Positions 11,247 through 22,857 are shown, numbered from the stretch's first letter. The stretch: 37,633 nucleotides of DNA from Nemertoderma westbladi (GCA_032718475.1 JAUCBJ010003248.1:1-37633), one strand, 5' to 3'. A program made the numbers and translations. Notes: generated by a model from the sequence alone, not told the origin.

Positions 11247-12740
11247 AATCTATCTATCTAACCTATTTAACCTAACCCAATCTATCTATCTAACCTATTT
11301 AACCTAACCCAATCTATCTATCTAACCTAGTTAACCTAACCCAATCTATCTATCTAACCTAGTTAACCTAACCCAATCTATCTATCTAACCTATTTAACC
11401 TAACCCAATCTATCTATCTAACCTATTTAACCTAACCCAATCTATCTATCTAACCTATTTAACCTAACCCAATCTATCTAACCTATTTAACCTAACCCAA
11501 TCTATATATCTAACCTATTTAACCTAACCCAATCTATCTATCTAACCGATTTAACCTAACCCAATCTATCTATCTAACCTATTTAACCTAACCCAATCTA
11601 TCTAACCTATTTAACCTAACCCAATCTATATATCTAACCTATTTAACCTAACCCAATCTATCTATCTAACTTAGTTAACCTAACCCAATCTATCTATCTA
11701 ACCTATTTAACCTAACCCAATCTATCTATCTATCTAACCTATTTAACCTAACCCAATCTATCTACAGTATCTAACCTATTTAACCTAACCCAATCTATCT
11801 ATCTAACCTATTTAACCTAACCCAATCTATCTATCTAACCTATTTAACCTAACCCAATCTATCTATCTAACATGTTTAACCTAACCCAATCTATCTAATT
11901 AACCTATTTAACCTAACCCAATCTATATATCTAACCTATTTAACCTAACCCAATCTATCTATCTAACATGTTTAACCTAACCCAATCTATCTATCTAACC
12001 TATTTAACCTAACCCAATCTATCTATCTAACCTATTTAACCTAACCCTATCTATCTAGCTAACCTATTTAACCTAACCCAATCTATCTATCTAACCTATT
12101 TAACGTAACCCAATCGATCTATCTATAAACCTATTTAACCTAACCCTATCTATCTATCTAACCTATTTAACCTAACCCAATATATCTATCTAACCTATTT
12201 AACCTAACCCAATCTATCAATCTAACCTATTTAACCTAACCCAATCTATCTATCTAACCTATTTAACCTAACCCAATCTATCTATTTAACCTAACCCAAT
12301 CTATCTATCTAACCTATTTAACCTAACCCAATCTATCTATCTAACCTATTTAACCTAACCCAATCTATCTATCTAACCTATTTAACCTAACCCAATCTAT
12401 CTATCTAACCTATTTAACCTAACCCAATCTATCTATCTAACCTATTTAACCTAACCCTATCTATCTATCTAACCTATTTAACCTAACCCTATCTATCTAT
12501 CTAACCTATTTAACCTAACCCAATCTATCTATCTAACCTATTTAACCTAACCCAATATATCTATCTAACCTATTTAACCTAACCCTATCTATCTATCTAA
12601 CCTATTTAACCTAACCCAATCTATCTATCTAACCTATTTAACGTAACCCAATCGATCTATCTATAAACCTATTTAACCTAACCCAATCTATCTATCTAAC
12701 CTATTTAACCTAACCCAATCTATCTATCTAACCTAATTAA
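11247..12740. repeat. 32-bp minisatellite AATCTATCTATCTAACCTATTTAACCTAACCC, about 46 copies
   Basis: Directly visible tandem array. Unit length varies through the TCTA copy number. Confidence 0.97.
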
Positions 12741-13015
12741 TCTATCGATTCCCCAATCAGGAACTGGTTGTTTATCAAATCAAAATCTGCCATGATAACA
12801 TTCTTGCACAATACAGCAATATTGTATGCCTAGATGACAAAATGAGGTCATTAACCTTCCTCTATATTCAATATCAAATATAATTTAACATACTGTATGT
12901 CAACTGTGTAGCTGTATTGTATTTGTTTGCAGTATTTCTGCATGTACAGATATAGTAGTAGCACTGTTGTAGTGCAGGCCTACCTGTACCTGGTATTACT
13001 GTATCCGATTGGATA

Positions 13016-13898
13016 ATGGGTTTACCTGTAGTTTTAATTAACCGGCAACTCCGCAATGTCATCTCGAAACGAAGTCAACGGAAGTTCCACGCAACTAGCC
13101 GTCTACCGCAATACAAATCTCCGGGTGAACTCCGATCTCTATGGCCCGCGGCCGACTTCAACTCAGAAAAACTCACAGAATTCCTGGACCATGACAACCA
13201 CGAGATGCGGAATCGATTCCGTCAGTTCGCCAAAGATCCCCTCTTCGTACCCAAATACAACATTACGTTGGTGGAAGAACGTGAGGTCGCACTGAAGCGG
13301 CTCAAGTCCATTTGTGATAACGACTTCATCTCCGTTTTGGACTTCAAAGAGAATCCGTGGCGAATATTCGCGGCTCACGAGATGGCTGCCGTGATTGACG
13401 CATCAATGGCGACCAAAATGACAGTCCAGTTTAACTTATTCGGCGGAACCGTGTTGAAACTGGGGACCGAACGACACCACCAACGCCTTCTAGCGGGTAT
13501 AGACAGTCTGTCTGATGTGGGATGTTTCGGTTTGACGGAATTAGGTTATGGGAACAACGCCGTCGAGATGGAGACGACTGCGACGTACGATGGGACGACA
13601 GACGAGTTTATTATTAATACTCCGACCACCGTGGCCCAGAAGTATTGGATCACTAATGGGGCGGTTCACGCTAAGCATTGCGTTGTGTTCGCGCAGCTGT
13701 TGGTGGGCGGAACCAACCATGGGATACACGGGATATTGGCGAGGATTAGGGACGACAGTCTGGGTCCCGTTGAGGGAGTCCTCGTACAGGATATGGGCTA
13801 CAAGATGGCCCTCAATGGGGTGGATAACGCCAAGTTATCCTTCGATAATGTTCGGGTGCCGAGGGAGAATCTACTGAATAGATACTCGGATGTGGAAG
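13016..13898 (+). CDS. ACOX: Acyl-CoA oxidase family protein, exon 1
   Basis: Motifs VQFNLFGGTV, GCFGLTELGYGNN, EFIINTPT..AQKYWI and GYKMALNGVDNAKLSFDNVRVPRENLL. Donor GAAG|GTAAG at 13898/13899 is phase 1. Confidence 0.93.
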
Positions 13899-14126
13899 GT
13901 AAGATTGTTGAGAGTTTATTAATTAATTTAATTAGTACGAAAAGTAAAAGTTAACTTAATTTTTTTCCCTTAAATATCCTCCTTTATTATCCGCAAAAGT
14001 GCGGAAAATAAAGACTTTAATGCCCATAAAGTATTTATCCAATCAACGATCTAGAATTTTATTCTGTTGATTTCGCATTATTTATTCTAGAACAGTACCG
14101 GTAATTACGTTGTTAATCATAACCAA

Positions 14127-14405
14127 GGTTCCACCTTGGTGTAGTGGTTGCATTGAATTCACATCTCCCGTAGGTCGTGGGTTCGATCCTCACATGGGCC
14201 AGGGCAGTTTTCGTTTCGGCACGAATGCTTTAAAGGGACCAGCCAGGGCGCATCTCTGCCTTGCATCCTTAAGCGGTAGCTAAATGAGTACTGGAGTTTC
14301 CTCTGGGGAGTAAAGTTCTGGGGGGATCGACCGCACTGGAAATAAGTCGTCGGACTTTGTGCGTAATCCCTGGCCTAACGGCAGAAGAAAATTTACTTTA
14401 TATAT
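14127..14405 (+). mobile_element. tRNA-derived SINE in the ACOX intron (central domain resembles the MetaSINE-type conserved block)
   Basis: A-box TGGTGTAGTGG, B-box GGTTCGATCC (about 14180), central CTCTGCCTTGCATCCTT...GCTAAATGAGTAC and a short TTTAC/TA tail. The superfamily assignment is from memory of the consensus. Confidence 0.8.
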
Positions 14406-15524
14406 AAATTTAACTAGTTTAATCAAATTGTTGGTTTAATTATTTGATTACCGTTCTCGAATATCACCTTCACCCACGAAGTATAGCTAATATAGGCCTA
14501 GTAACAGTACCGGTACAGTAGTAGCTAGTATTATTTAATTAGTGCAGAATTTAGCTCAAATTTGCGATAAATTCGTTACGTTAAACTTCTAATTCAAAAG
14601 TTAATATTTTAAAGAAAACAACATATTTCACTAAAATATAAATATTTATTACATGGGAAATAAAGAATAATTTTTTTACCATTCTCGAGGCATTTTATTT
14701 ACCGAACGTCACCGAGGTTAATAAAGGGTCGAGAGAAAATTGAAAAGAAATGTTCTACGTTTTTTTCCCATGTAATACAGCGATATACCGGTTGTGGTAC
14801 AAAATAAATTGAACTGTAGTATTTTACTATATTGCTTCCATAGTTACTGCTATTGTAATTATTGTACTCTCCAACTCTCGATGTTGCTTTACTCAATGTT
14901 AAATACTTTAGTGATCTCGAATATTTATTACGTAACTAGAGAGCCGCTTAACAACATAAACCAATATTGGACATTGAGTTCCGTTTTGGAGTTCGTCTTA
15001 CAGACACTAAAGTTGTAATAACTTTTGAGTGAGTTAATGGATTTTGCTTAAATTACTTGCAAACCTTTTCTACTTTGATGCTCTTTGAACACATTTAATA
15101 AAATTTGAGAAATTCCACCAAAATTTTATTTCACTTTTTTCGCAGAAAAAAAAATCAATGCAATCCTATGGGTTACTTTTCCTCCCTATAGAAAAAAGTG
15201 CAACTTTTTCTCCCGATTTCGGTCTAATTTCGACCGAAAAAGTAACAATTTAAGAGTAAAATAATTTTTTGTTGTCCTACTTCCGTATTTCCTCGGTTAC
15301 TCTTATTATTCATTGAAACTTCGGATTAAAAAGTCGGACAGAAATGTGTTACTTTATTTATGTAAAAGAAATAGTTATTTAGCTGCATTCCTGGATTGGA
15401 TAATAACTTTATTGTCCGCAAATGCAAACATTACTTTATCGAGATTTTTTATTTATAATTAGAATCTAATGATCTTTTTCAGAATTTGATATCTTAAAAA
15501 TAAAACCTCTTACGTATCAGCGGC

Positions 15525-15706
15525 ATCTTGTAGTTCTCGATAGAGATACCTTACTGACCGTCTCTCCGTTAAAAGCAAGACAGACCGACAGACAGACAGA
15601 CAAAATTCCGCCAAACATTCAAATTAACGTCGGAAATAATATCAGCGACTCAGAAATCCCCCTTCTTAGTACCGGTCGGTACCAGACACTATCAACCAAC
15701 CAGACC
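15525..15706 (-). repeat. Interspersed repeat module homologous (inverted) to 10133-10350
   Basis: Shared blocks tctggttggtt, gtcgctgat..atttccga, tttgg.ggaat, gtctgtctgtcggtct, ttt.acgga.agac.gtca and tcgagaact occur in the same order. Confidence 0.7.
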
Positions 15707-15830
15707 TGTGTGCAGCAAGGCTAAATAAGGCAATAAGGGTAGAAAGGTGTAAGTTTTTTTAATTTAAAAGTAATAAATTTGATGGGAAATAATAAATCTT
15801 ACCCCCCCCCCCCCCCCCCCCTCCCCACAG

Positions 15831-16885
15831 CCGACGGCCGTTTCACCACATCCATCCCCAGCAACCGGGGCCGCTTCCTCACCGTGGCCGACCAGCTCCT
15901 CTCCGGCCGTATCTGCATCGCGAGTATGTCGGTGGGCTGCACCAAGGCGGCGCTCGCCATCGCGTTCCGATACGCGGCGACCCGTCTGGCTGTCGGACCG
16001 ACCGGACGGTCGGACACCCCGATACTCCGGTACGAGCTGCAGCAACGCGCGCTGCTCCCGCTGCTAGCCGCCACCGTCGCCATGAACGTGGGGGTCGACT
16101 ACGTGAAGGACCGGTACGCGACGGCCTGCGCGGACGAGCACAACGAGCTAGTCACAATGTGCTGCGCGATTAAACCGCTGGTGTCGTGGCACGGGGAGGA
16201 GGTTGCTACGGTGTGTCGGGAGCGGTGCGGCGGCCAGGGCTACCTGTCGGCCAATCGTTTCGGTATATTCGTAGGGTTGACGCACGCCTCAATGACGGCT
16301 GAAGGCGACAACAGCGTTCTCATGCAAAAAGTAGCTAAAGAACGGTTGGCTGTGTTCGAACCCGAGGACTTCGGTTCGGTCCCCGCCGCTGATTTCGACT
16401 CGGTTGAGTTCCTTCATTACCTCCTGCGACGCCGGGAGGACGCCGTGTTTATGGAGTTAGGCGGCGCGCTGTCGGCCGTCGGGGGGGCCGCCGGGGTCTA
16501 CGACGCCTGGATGTGCCGACTCAGCGACGAGGTCCAACACGCGGCGCGCAGCTACGCCGAGCGACTGGTCAGCGCCGCCTTCATCGATCGCGTCTCCGGC
16601 GCGGATCCGGCCATCCAACCCGTATTAACTCGTCTCTATAAACTCTACGCGCTCGCTGCGATCGAACGCGACCTCGCTTACTATATGTGCTCGGGTATCC
16701 TCGGGAAGGAGGCCGCGTCCGCTGTGGGTCCGGCCGTCCGGGGGCTGTGCCGCCACATGGCGCCGCAGTCCCTCGCTATCGCCGACGCCTTCGGGACTCC
16801 CGATTGGATGCTCTCGGCTCCCATCGCTCGCGATTGGATCGCCTACAACGATTACGACAATCAGGGCGAAGTTATCGACTTTTAG
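15831..16885 (+). CDS. ACOX: Acyl-CoA oxidase family protein, exon 2 (spliced product 645 aa)
   Basis: Acceptor ccccacag|CC restores the frame (YSDVE-A-DGRFTT). Motifs [19 protein letters not shown] and catalytic TAEGDNSVL are present. Stop TAG at 16883-16885. Confidence 0.93.
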
Positions 16886-17419
16886 CTTCTACGGCTAATT
16901 CAATGCTAACTTAGCTAATGATGATGTGCTACTGTTAACGAACAATTTATCAATAATAATATATTTATTTGCTCCTTTTATTTATAAATAATATAACTAA
17001 ATGTCCAACTTATAATAATTGGTAATTCTCAGTAACTTTTATAATTCTTCTGTGAGGGAGATTTATCACTTTCTACTTATCCCATAATAAAAGGCTGTTG
17101 TTTGATTTGAAATTTTTGTTTAGCATTTCTGGTTTTTTTAATCTCAATATTTATTTACAATGATACCTAAATACCTTGCCATTATATTAAAAAAATAAAA
17201 TAAAATAAATTATTACCCTTTTATCCGAATTTGAGAGGTTACAGAATTTATGTGATAAAGTTTGGGAGATAAAGTGTACTCATATAAGTCATTGGTGTGA
17301 TATAAAGTACTGTCATACGACTCGGTCCACCTGATATCAGCTCAGCTCTGCATATCATTACTGTATCATAGTGGGGTGATATCCATGGTCGAGGAACCAA
17401 GGGGATATAATGCCAGTGT

Positions 17420-17707
17420 AAACAACCGCGAAATCGCGCAAAGGTCCGAGTCTACTAACGCACAAACTGTCTCCTCCTTGAATGGCTTACTAACAGTTCT
17501 CCTCCAATCGGTACCGAACTAACCGCCCTTTAGTAGTCCAAGGACAGGATACGACTTACGTTCTAGTAACTGTTCCGTGCTCCTCATTAATCACTTACTA
17601 TTTGTGCTGTTTTTGTTTGAAATATATATTTTACCTCGATTTGAGGCGTAAAGGAAAAAGAAACAACGGAGTGAATACTAGAGGTATCCGCTACGCGGAC
17701 CTAAAAA
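17420..17707 (-). mobile_element. Helentron/DINE-1-like non-autonomous element (copy 2, complete termini)
   Basis: Minus strand reads 5' TTTTT-AGGTCCG(subTIR)-CGTAGCGGATACCT..., and 3' CGGACCT (inverted subTIR)-TTG-CGCGATTTCGCG hairpin-GTTGTT. There is no TSD and the flanks are T-rich. Confidence 0.7.
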
Positions 17708-18338
17708 TGGGAGGGCCATTAATCACCATGAGCCAGCGTCGTAAATATCCATTCCAGAACATTTATTTAGCATAAGTCAACCAGTAGTAGTGTAAGTATA
17801 GTGGGTCAAACATAAGGAGAAACATTATAGTAAAGTAAAGCTGAGTTGTTTCTATTGGCTGTCGGGCTGCAGCCGTAAATGGCTTGGGTATGATTTGATT
17901 ATATTCACATTTTACTGCAATATACAGATACTGTATACTCACATTTGCATAGCATTGATTACATTACAGTATATTAGATGAGTCTAGACGCCACACCACC
18001 CCCTCCGACATCACAGCCCCTTTCCACAACGCTCTTACTTAAGTTTACGTCCCCGAACCGAAACATACATTAATATTCGATCTGACAAATTAATGTCTTT
18101 TCTTGACTGACAGATTAATGGATAATAACATTATACATTAAAATACGCTAAATTTAAATTTCACTGTTTACTGGTAGGCCTTGGTACTTGCACTTGCACT
18201 GACTTGTAGCCTATCTTGCATCTGGCCTAGGGAGCTAGGTAATATTTACTGATTTAGGCCCTACAGCCACAGCCCTACGCAAAAATCACCGACTTTGGGA
18301 TTATTCCTACTGCTGTACTGTCCTACCCGTAGCTCCAT

Positions 18339-19717
18339 GGGTATTAGTACGTTTGAACGACACTAGCCAAACAATCATGGATGAAATCAGATAGAAACTG
18401 ATAAAAATTGTTACCGGTACCGGTATAGCAGTACTGTATTGTTAGGCCTACTGCTGTACTGTTACTTACTGGCCTACTGTTAGTATACTGTACTCATGGT
18501 CATGACTATGGCTGAATTAAATTTCATTGAGATTGGGAAACTTATCGAGACTGAGGAACGCGCTATTGAGTTTGCTCAAAGCGTGGAGCTTCTCCCCCGA
18601 ACTCTACAACCAAATGGACAACCAACCCTACGTCTTTGTTCTTTTCCGGGTTGTACTGCGCAAGCTAAAATTACGCTGGTGAAGGACAGGGGATTCATGC
18701 GGCTTGTTTGGCATTGCTCCGGTGCTAATAAGCACAAGCAGATAAGCGAACTGCACGTTCTGGAACGTGGTTTGAGAAGAGTCGATTCGAGGTTCGGCAG
18801 ATTCGCAAGAGGAGCACCAACAACCGAGGTCGTTTGCTTGGTGGGGACCACTTTCCGTCACCCGATCTAATTATGGGACGACAGTGGATGGGCCGTGGGT
18901 GTTTGGACTGGTATGGAAACGTCCAGATAATAAAGTCGACATCCGCCTCCACCACGTTTTGCATCGTGATGCAGACACCCTCCGTCCTATTTTGGAGAAA
19001 CATGTCGCCGGTGGAACCAAGATACAGTCCGACGAATGGTCTGCGTATTGCGGTGTGAATGTTGGCATAACAAACGCCACAAACCCGTGGTCTGCTACCA
19101 ATGGAACAGGGACCTACATACACGAAACCGTCAACCATTCGGTAGTGTGGGTGAGTGCGACTGGCACCCACACTCAACGTATAGAGTCGATGTGGGGCCA
19201 CTTAAAGACGTCAGTCATCCGCAATAAGAAATGCACAACACCGCAACTTATTGCTGGCCACCTGTCAGAATTTCGGTGGAGACTTTTAAATCGCGACCGA
19301 CCTTTCTCAAATCTCCTTGCACTTTTCAAACATTACTACCCTTGCTGAATGTCTATACTGTACACCTTATACCTTAACCAACCCAAACGGCCCTTTTCAG
19401 GGCCAACATATGAAATAAACAACCGTATCGCAACAGCGTTATTAGCTTGTAATATTTTTTTAAAATAAGATACACCCTCAGTCGGGGTAAATATTAATTA
19501 TAATATTGGAAATATGTATGTACGGTAGACTGTAATAGACTGTAGTAGTAAGTAATATAGATTAAAATAATACATTCCCTTCAAAGAACTTACTTAATAA
19601 ATAATACCCATGCAATCCGCAAGGTGGTGCACAATACTGCTATACCGGTACCATTATTTATCTGATTTTAGGCTTGTTTGGCTAGTGCTGTAGTGTCGTT
19701 CAAAAGTACTAATACCC
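18339..19717 (+). mobile_element. Merlin (IS1595/ISXO2-like) DNA transposon, internally deleted
   Basis: Inverted repeats GGGTATTAGTAC(G/T)TTTGAACGACACTA...GCCAAACAA lie at 18339 and 19717 and enclose transposase remnants. No convincing TSD. Confidence 0.8.
18496..19348 (+). pseudogene. ISXO2-like DDE transposase, broken into two ORFs
   Basis: GPWVFGLV, RDADTLRPILEKHV.GGTKIQSDEWSAY, HETVNHS, GTHTQRIESMWGHLK and HLSEFRWR are IS1595-family motifs. The N-terminal ORF has a Cys/His zinc-ribbon-like segment. The HTH region and first Asp motif are degraded or missing. Confidence 0.88.
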
Positions 19718-19819
19718 TATATGGTATATCGTAGGCAGATAGGCCTAATTCATAATACTGTAATACAGTACAGCAGTAATAGCCTAAATTATATAAGAAA
19801 TAGAAATACCGGCAGTCAC

Positions 19820-20149
19820 ATGGAAGACCTCGCGTTTACCATATCGAAAGCGTCGTTCATAAACCTGTGCCTGGAGAATGCATCCTTTATGAAACGTTTT
19901 ATTGGTGAATATATAAGGAGTGACTCATCCTTTCTAGAAGAATTCGTTACAGCCAACTGCACCGCGGGAGAGGTAACTGTCTGGCTACAAAAACTTCTTA
20001 CACCATCAACTCAAGAAGAAGTCTTAGAAGGACCAACAGTTGCTGGCAGTAACAATTATGGGAAAGAGAGCGAGAGACGCGATCCAATAAACACTGTTTA
20101 TGATCCTGTTCAAACATCAGTTGAATCCCATTCTCTGCAATATATGTAA
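19820..20149 (+). CDS. Possible small protein or terminal exon of unknown function (MEDLAFTISKASFINLCLEN...)
   Basis: About 109 open codons with protein-like composition in AT-rich surroundings, and AATAAA near 20286. No recognisable domain. Confidence 0.3.
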   Translation: MEDLAFTISKASFINLCLENASFMKRFIGEYIRSDSSFLEEFVTANCTAGEVTVWLQKLLTPSTQEEVLEGPTVAGSNNYGKESERRDPINTVYDPVQTSVESHSLQYM

Positions 20150-21382
20150 GCCAATATCTATATCTATTTCAATATCTATTTTTAAATTTTTATTACTGTA
20201 GGCCTACCGGTATTACTGTATTAGGTAGGATTATGTGACTTTGTGATGTTCTCCATTTTAACTAATTTTTATCTGTTTAATGATTAATAAAAGAGTGTAT
20301 TATTAAATACCTGTTTGGCGATTTCTGGATTTATTTCAGCAATTAAATCATGTATATCCAGATATCTGTATACTGGTATATGTATAACTACTTCGGCCTA
20401 CGGCCTCAGTAGTTATACAGATTAATTTGCTTCATGTATTAGGCCTATCCGTATATTCCATTCTCGAACAGACAATAATTATAGTACAGTACCAGAGTAC
20501 CTTACCTATATATACATACCGGTATCTCGACAGATGACAGACTCTTATTTTCTGATGAAATTGAAATCTTTAATAACTTGTGTACCTGTACGCTGTACTC
20601 TGTGTGTAAGTGTAATGTAATATAGGCCTATAGTATAGAGGTATGAGGTAGTTATTGCAGTAATGATTTAATTTTAAGTTATGTCTGTATGTGACAGGAA
20701 GAAAAATTACAATATGTTATAATGCAGTAATGTACTATAATTAGAAATGTCATGTGATACTATAAATAGAAATGGATGATATAAGTTAAATTTAAATTAA
20801 AAAGTTAAATTATAATTTGATGAATATACTGGTGCGATTCCGGGTTAGCTTGCCCTATAGATAGATATGCCTTCATAATAAATATTACAGACATGTAAGA
20901 TAAACAAATAGACAGTTCGAATAAGAGACTATGTACGGTACATGTAATGTAAGCTTATAGTATATACAGATATAGGCCTACTAAACCTCTGAACCTATAT
21001 AACCTATATAGGCCTACTGCAGTACTGTACCGGTACCGGAATGTACCGTATCGAAAGCGGATCGAAAATCTTATTTTTTTGTTTTTCATGTGGGATTAAC
21101 GTGTTTGGGGGCCTCCACATAATACAGTATTACTGTAGGCCTAATATAAATTACACACGTCATAAACCAATTGAGGGAAAGGAGCAGGTTACAGAGGTAG
21201 GCTTTTCTAACCAATACAATAAATGGCCACTTTACCAATTGAGGGAAAGGAGCAGGTTACAGAACACTGCACCAGTACTACTGTACAACTACATACAGTA
21301 CCGGTACAGTACAGGTGGAGGCCCTGAAACACGTTTAGTCCTTTTCATGTTGTATAATAATCTGAACGAAACATACGAACTG

Positions 21383-21531
21383 TAAAATGTATTATCTTCC
21401 TTAGTTCAATAGTATAATAAAGAAGGCTCCAGCCCATCACCTATATATTAGTCAGTCAAGACCTATGTATGTACAGTGTCTTACTCAGTATCTATAGTTC
21501 TCCAGTTCTGTAATTCAGTCCCAACATTACA
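21383..21531 (-). repeat. 3' LTR (149 bp)
   Basis: Matches 26266-26414, with 2 substitutions seen by eye. Confidence 0.93.
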
Positions 21532-21546
21532 TCACTCTTCTCGTTT
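21532..21546 (-). promoter_or_regulatory. Polypurine tract AAACGAGAAGAGTGA
   Basis: Purine-rich run immediately before the 3' LTR on the element strand. Confidence 0.8.
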
Positions 21547-21591
21547 AAACAAAGGATTATTCTAATAATAAGTCCGTTATATCAGTCTTTA

Positions 21592-22857
21592 TTATTTCTT
21601 CCTCTTCCGTGACCCTACGATAATATTCCTCGAGTCAATATCACACCAGCCTTTTCCTTGGGATTGAGAAGGCTGTTGTATTTGGCCTGGCACTGGGGGT
21701 GTATGACACACATCCTGTCCCAATTCGTCTCGTAAGGGTTGGTTTTCTAATCCATTATTAATATCTTCATGCATACTACCACACTCATCACTGTCAATAT
21801 TATCATCATCAATATTATCATACCCATTATCTCTCTCATTTGTGTCCGGTATGGGTACCACTTTACTCGTATTTCTCATCTTTACCTCGTTTCCTCTTCT
21901 CAGAATCAGCGCCGTTCCCTTTTTCTCTTGAACTTGGAAAGGATTTGGGTCAAATCTAGTTGTGAACTTATTTTGCTTGTGCTGTTGTATTAAAACCATA
22001 TCGCCTGGATGAATCTTTTTCTCTTTATTCTTCCTGTCTGCATATATCTTCACTTTTTCCTTCATCATTGTATCCCTCTGTATTGCTTCTAGAAACATTG
22101 GCAATTGTAACTCATTTCCCGCAATACAAGGCAGTTTTGTTTTTGGAACTCTTCCCAATAATTCTGATGGGGTCTTCCCAGTACTTGTATGGGGTATATT
22201 TCTATACATCATTAGAAATTTCCTTATAGCTTGTTTCCAGTCTTTACCCTCTGTTCTAGCAGCACGGATCGATTTCATTAAAGGGCACCATAGTCGTTCA
22301 ATTTCCCCATTGGTTTGTGGGTGATATGGTGCAGTTTTTTGATGTATTATACCCCATTCTTTGCAAAATCGCTTGAATTGTTTCGAACGAAACTGTGGCC
22401 CATTATCTGATATTAATACGTCTGGAACCCCATGACTGGCTATACAAGTTTCCAAACATTCTATTACCTTTTCTGTGACTGTAGTTTTTGATGTGAATAA
22501 TTCAGGCCATCTCGATGATGCATCAATTATTCCAATTATGTATTCCCCTGAAGGCAATGGTCCACATAAATCGATGTGTAGTCTCTCCCATGGTCTCCCC
22601 ATTTCACTCATTATCAGTGGTTCATGCCCCTGGGTGTCCCATTGTGCCTGGCACGGAATACAGTTTCTGACCAAGACTTCCACTGCAGCATCAATACCTG
22701 GCCACCATACCTTTGTTCTAAGTAATGCTTTGGTCCGTACAATTCCTGGATGGGTCTCATGAGCAATTTTTAATATGCTACGACGCAGTTCCTTTGGTAT
22801 GACAATACTGTTTCCCCTCATCAAGAGACCTCTTTTGAAGCATAGTTCATCTTTCAC
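21592..22857 (-). CDS. Gypsy integrase domain (open segment of pol)
   Basis: HHCC (AHETHPG...CIPCQ), LHIDLCGP, LISDNGPQF and PYHPQTNGEIER. Confidence 0.92.
   Translation of the reverse strand: MKDELCFKRGLLMRGNSIVIPKELRRSILKIAHETHPGIVRTKALLRTKVWWPGIDAAVEVLVRNCIPCQAQWDTQGHEPLIMSEMGRPWERLHIDLCGPLPSGEYIIGIIDASSRWPELFTSKTTVTEKVIECLETCIASHGVPDVLISDNGPQFRSKQFKRFCKEWGIIHQKTAPYHPQTNGEIERLWCPLMKSIRAARTEGKDWKQAIRKFLMMYRNIPHTSTGKTPSELLGRVPKTKLPCIAGNELQLPMFLEAIQRDTMMKEKVKIYADRKNKEKKIHPGDMVLIQQHKQNKFTTRFDPNPFQVQEKKGTALILRRGNEVKMRNTSKVVPIPDTNERDNGYDNIDDDNIDSDECGSMHEDINNGLENQPLRDELGQDVCHTPPVPGQIQQPSQSQGKGWCDIDSRNIIVGSRKRKK

Noticed and set aside
11247-12740. True telomere
   Set aside because: It is a complex 32-bp unit rather than pure (TTAGG)n or (TTAGGG)n, and it is internal with unique flanks.
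14127-14200. Functional tRNA gene
   Set aside because: Only the A and B boxes are retained, and it continues into a SINE body and tail.
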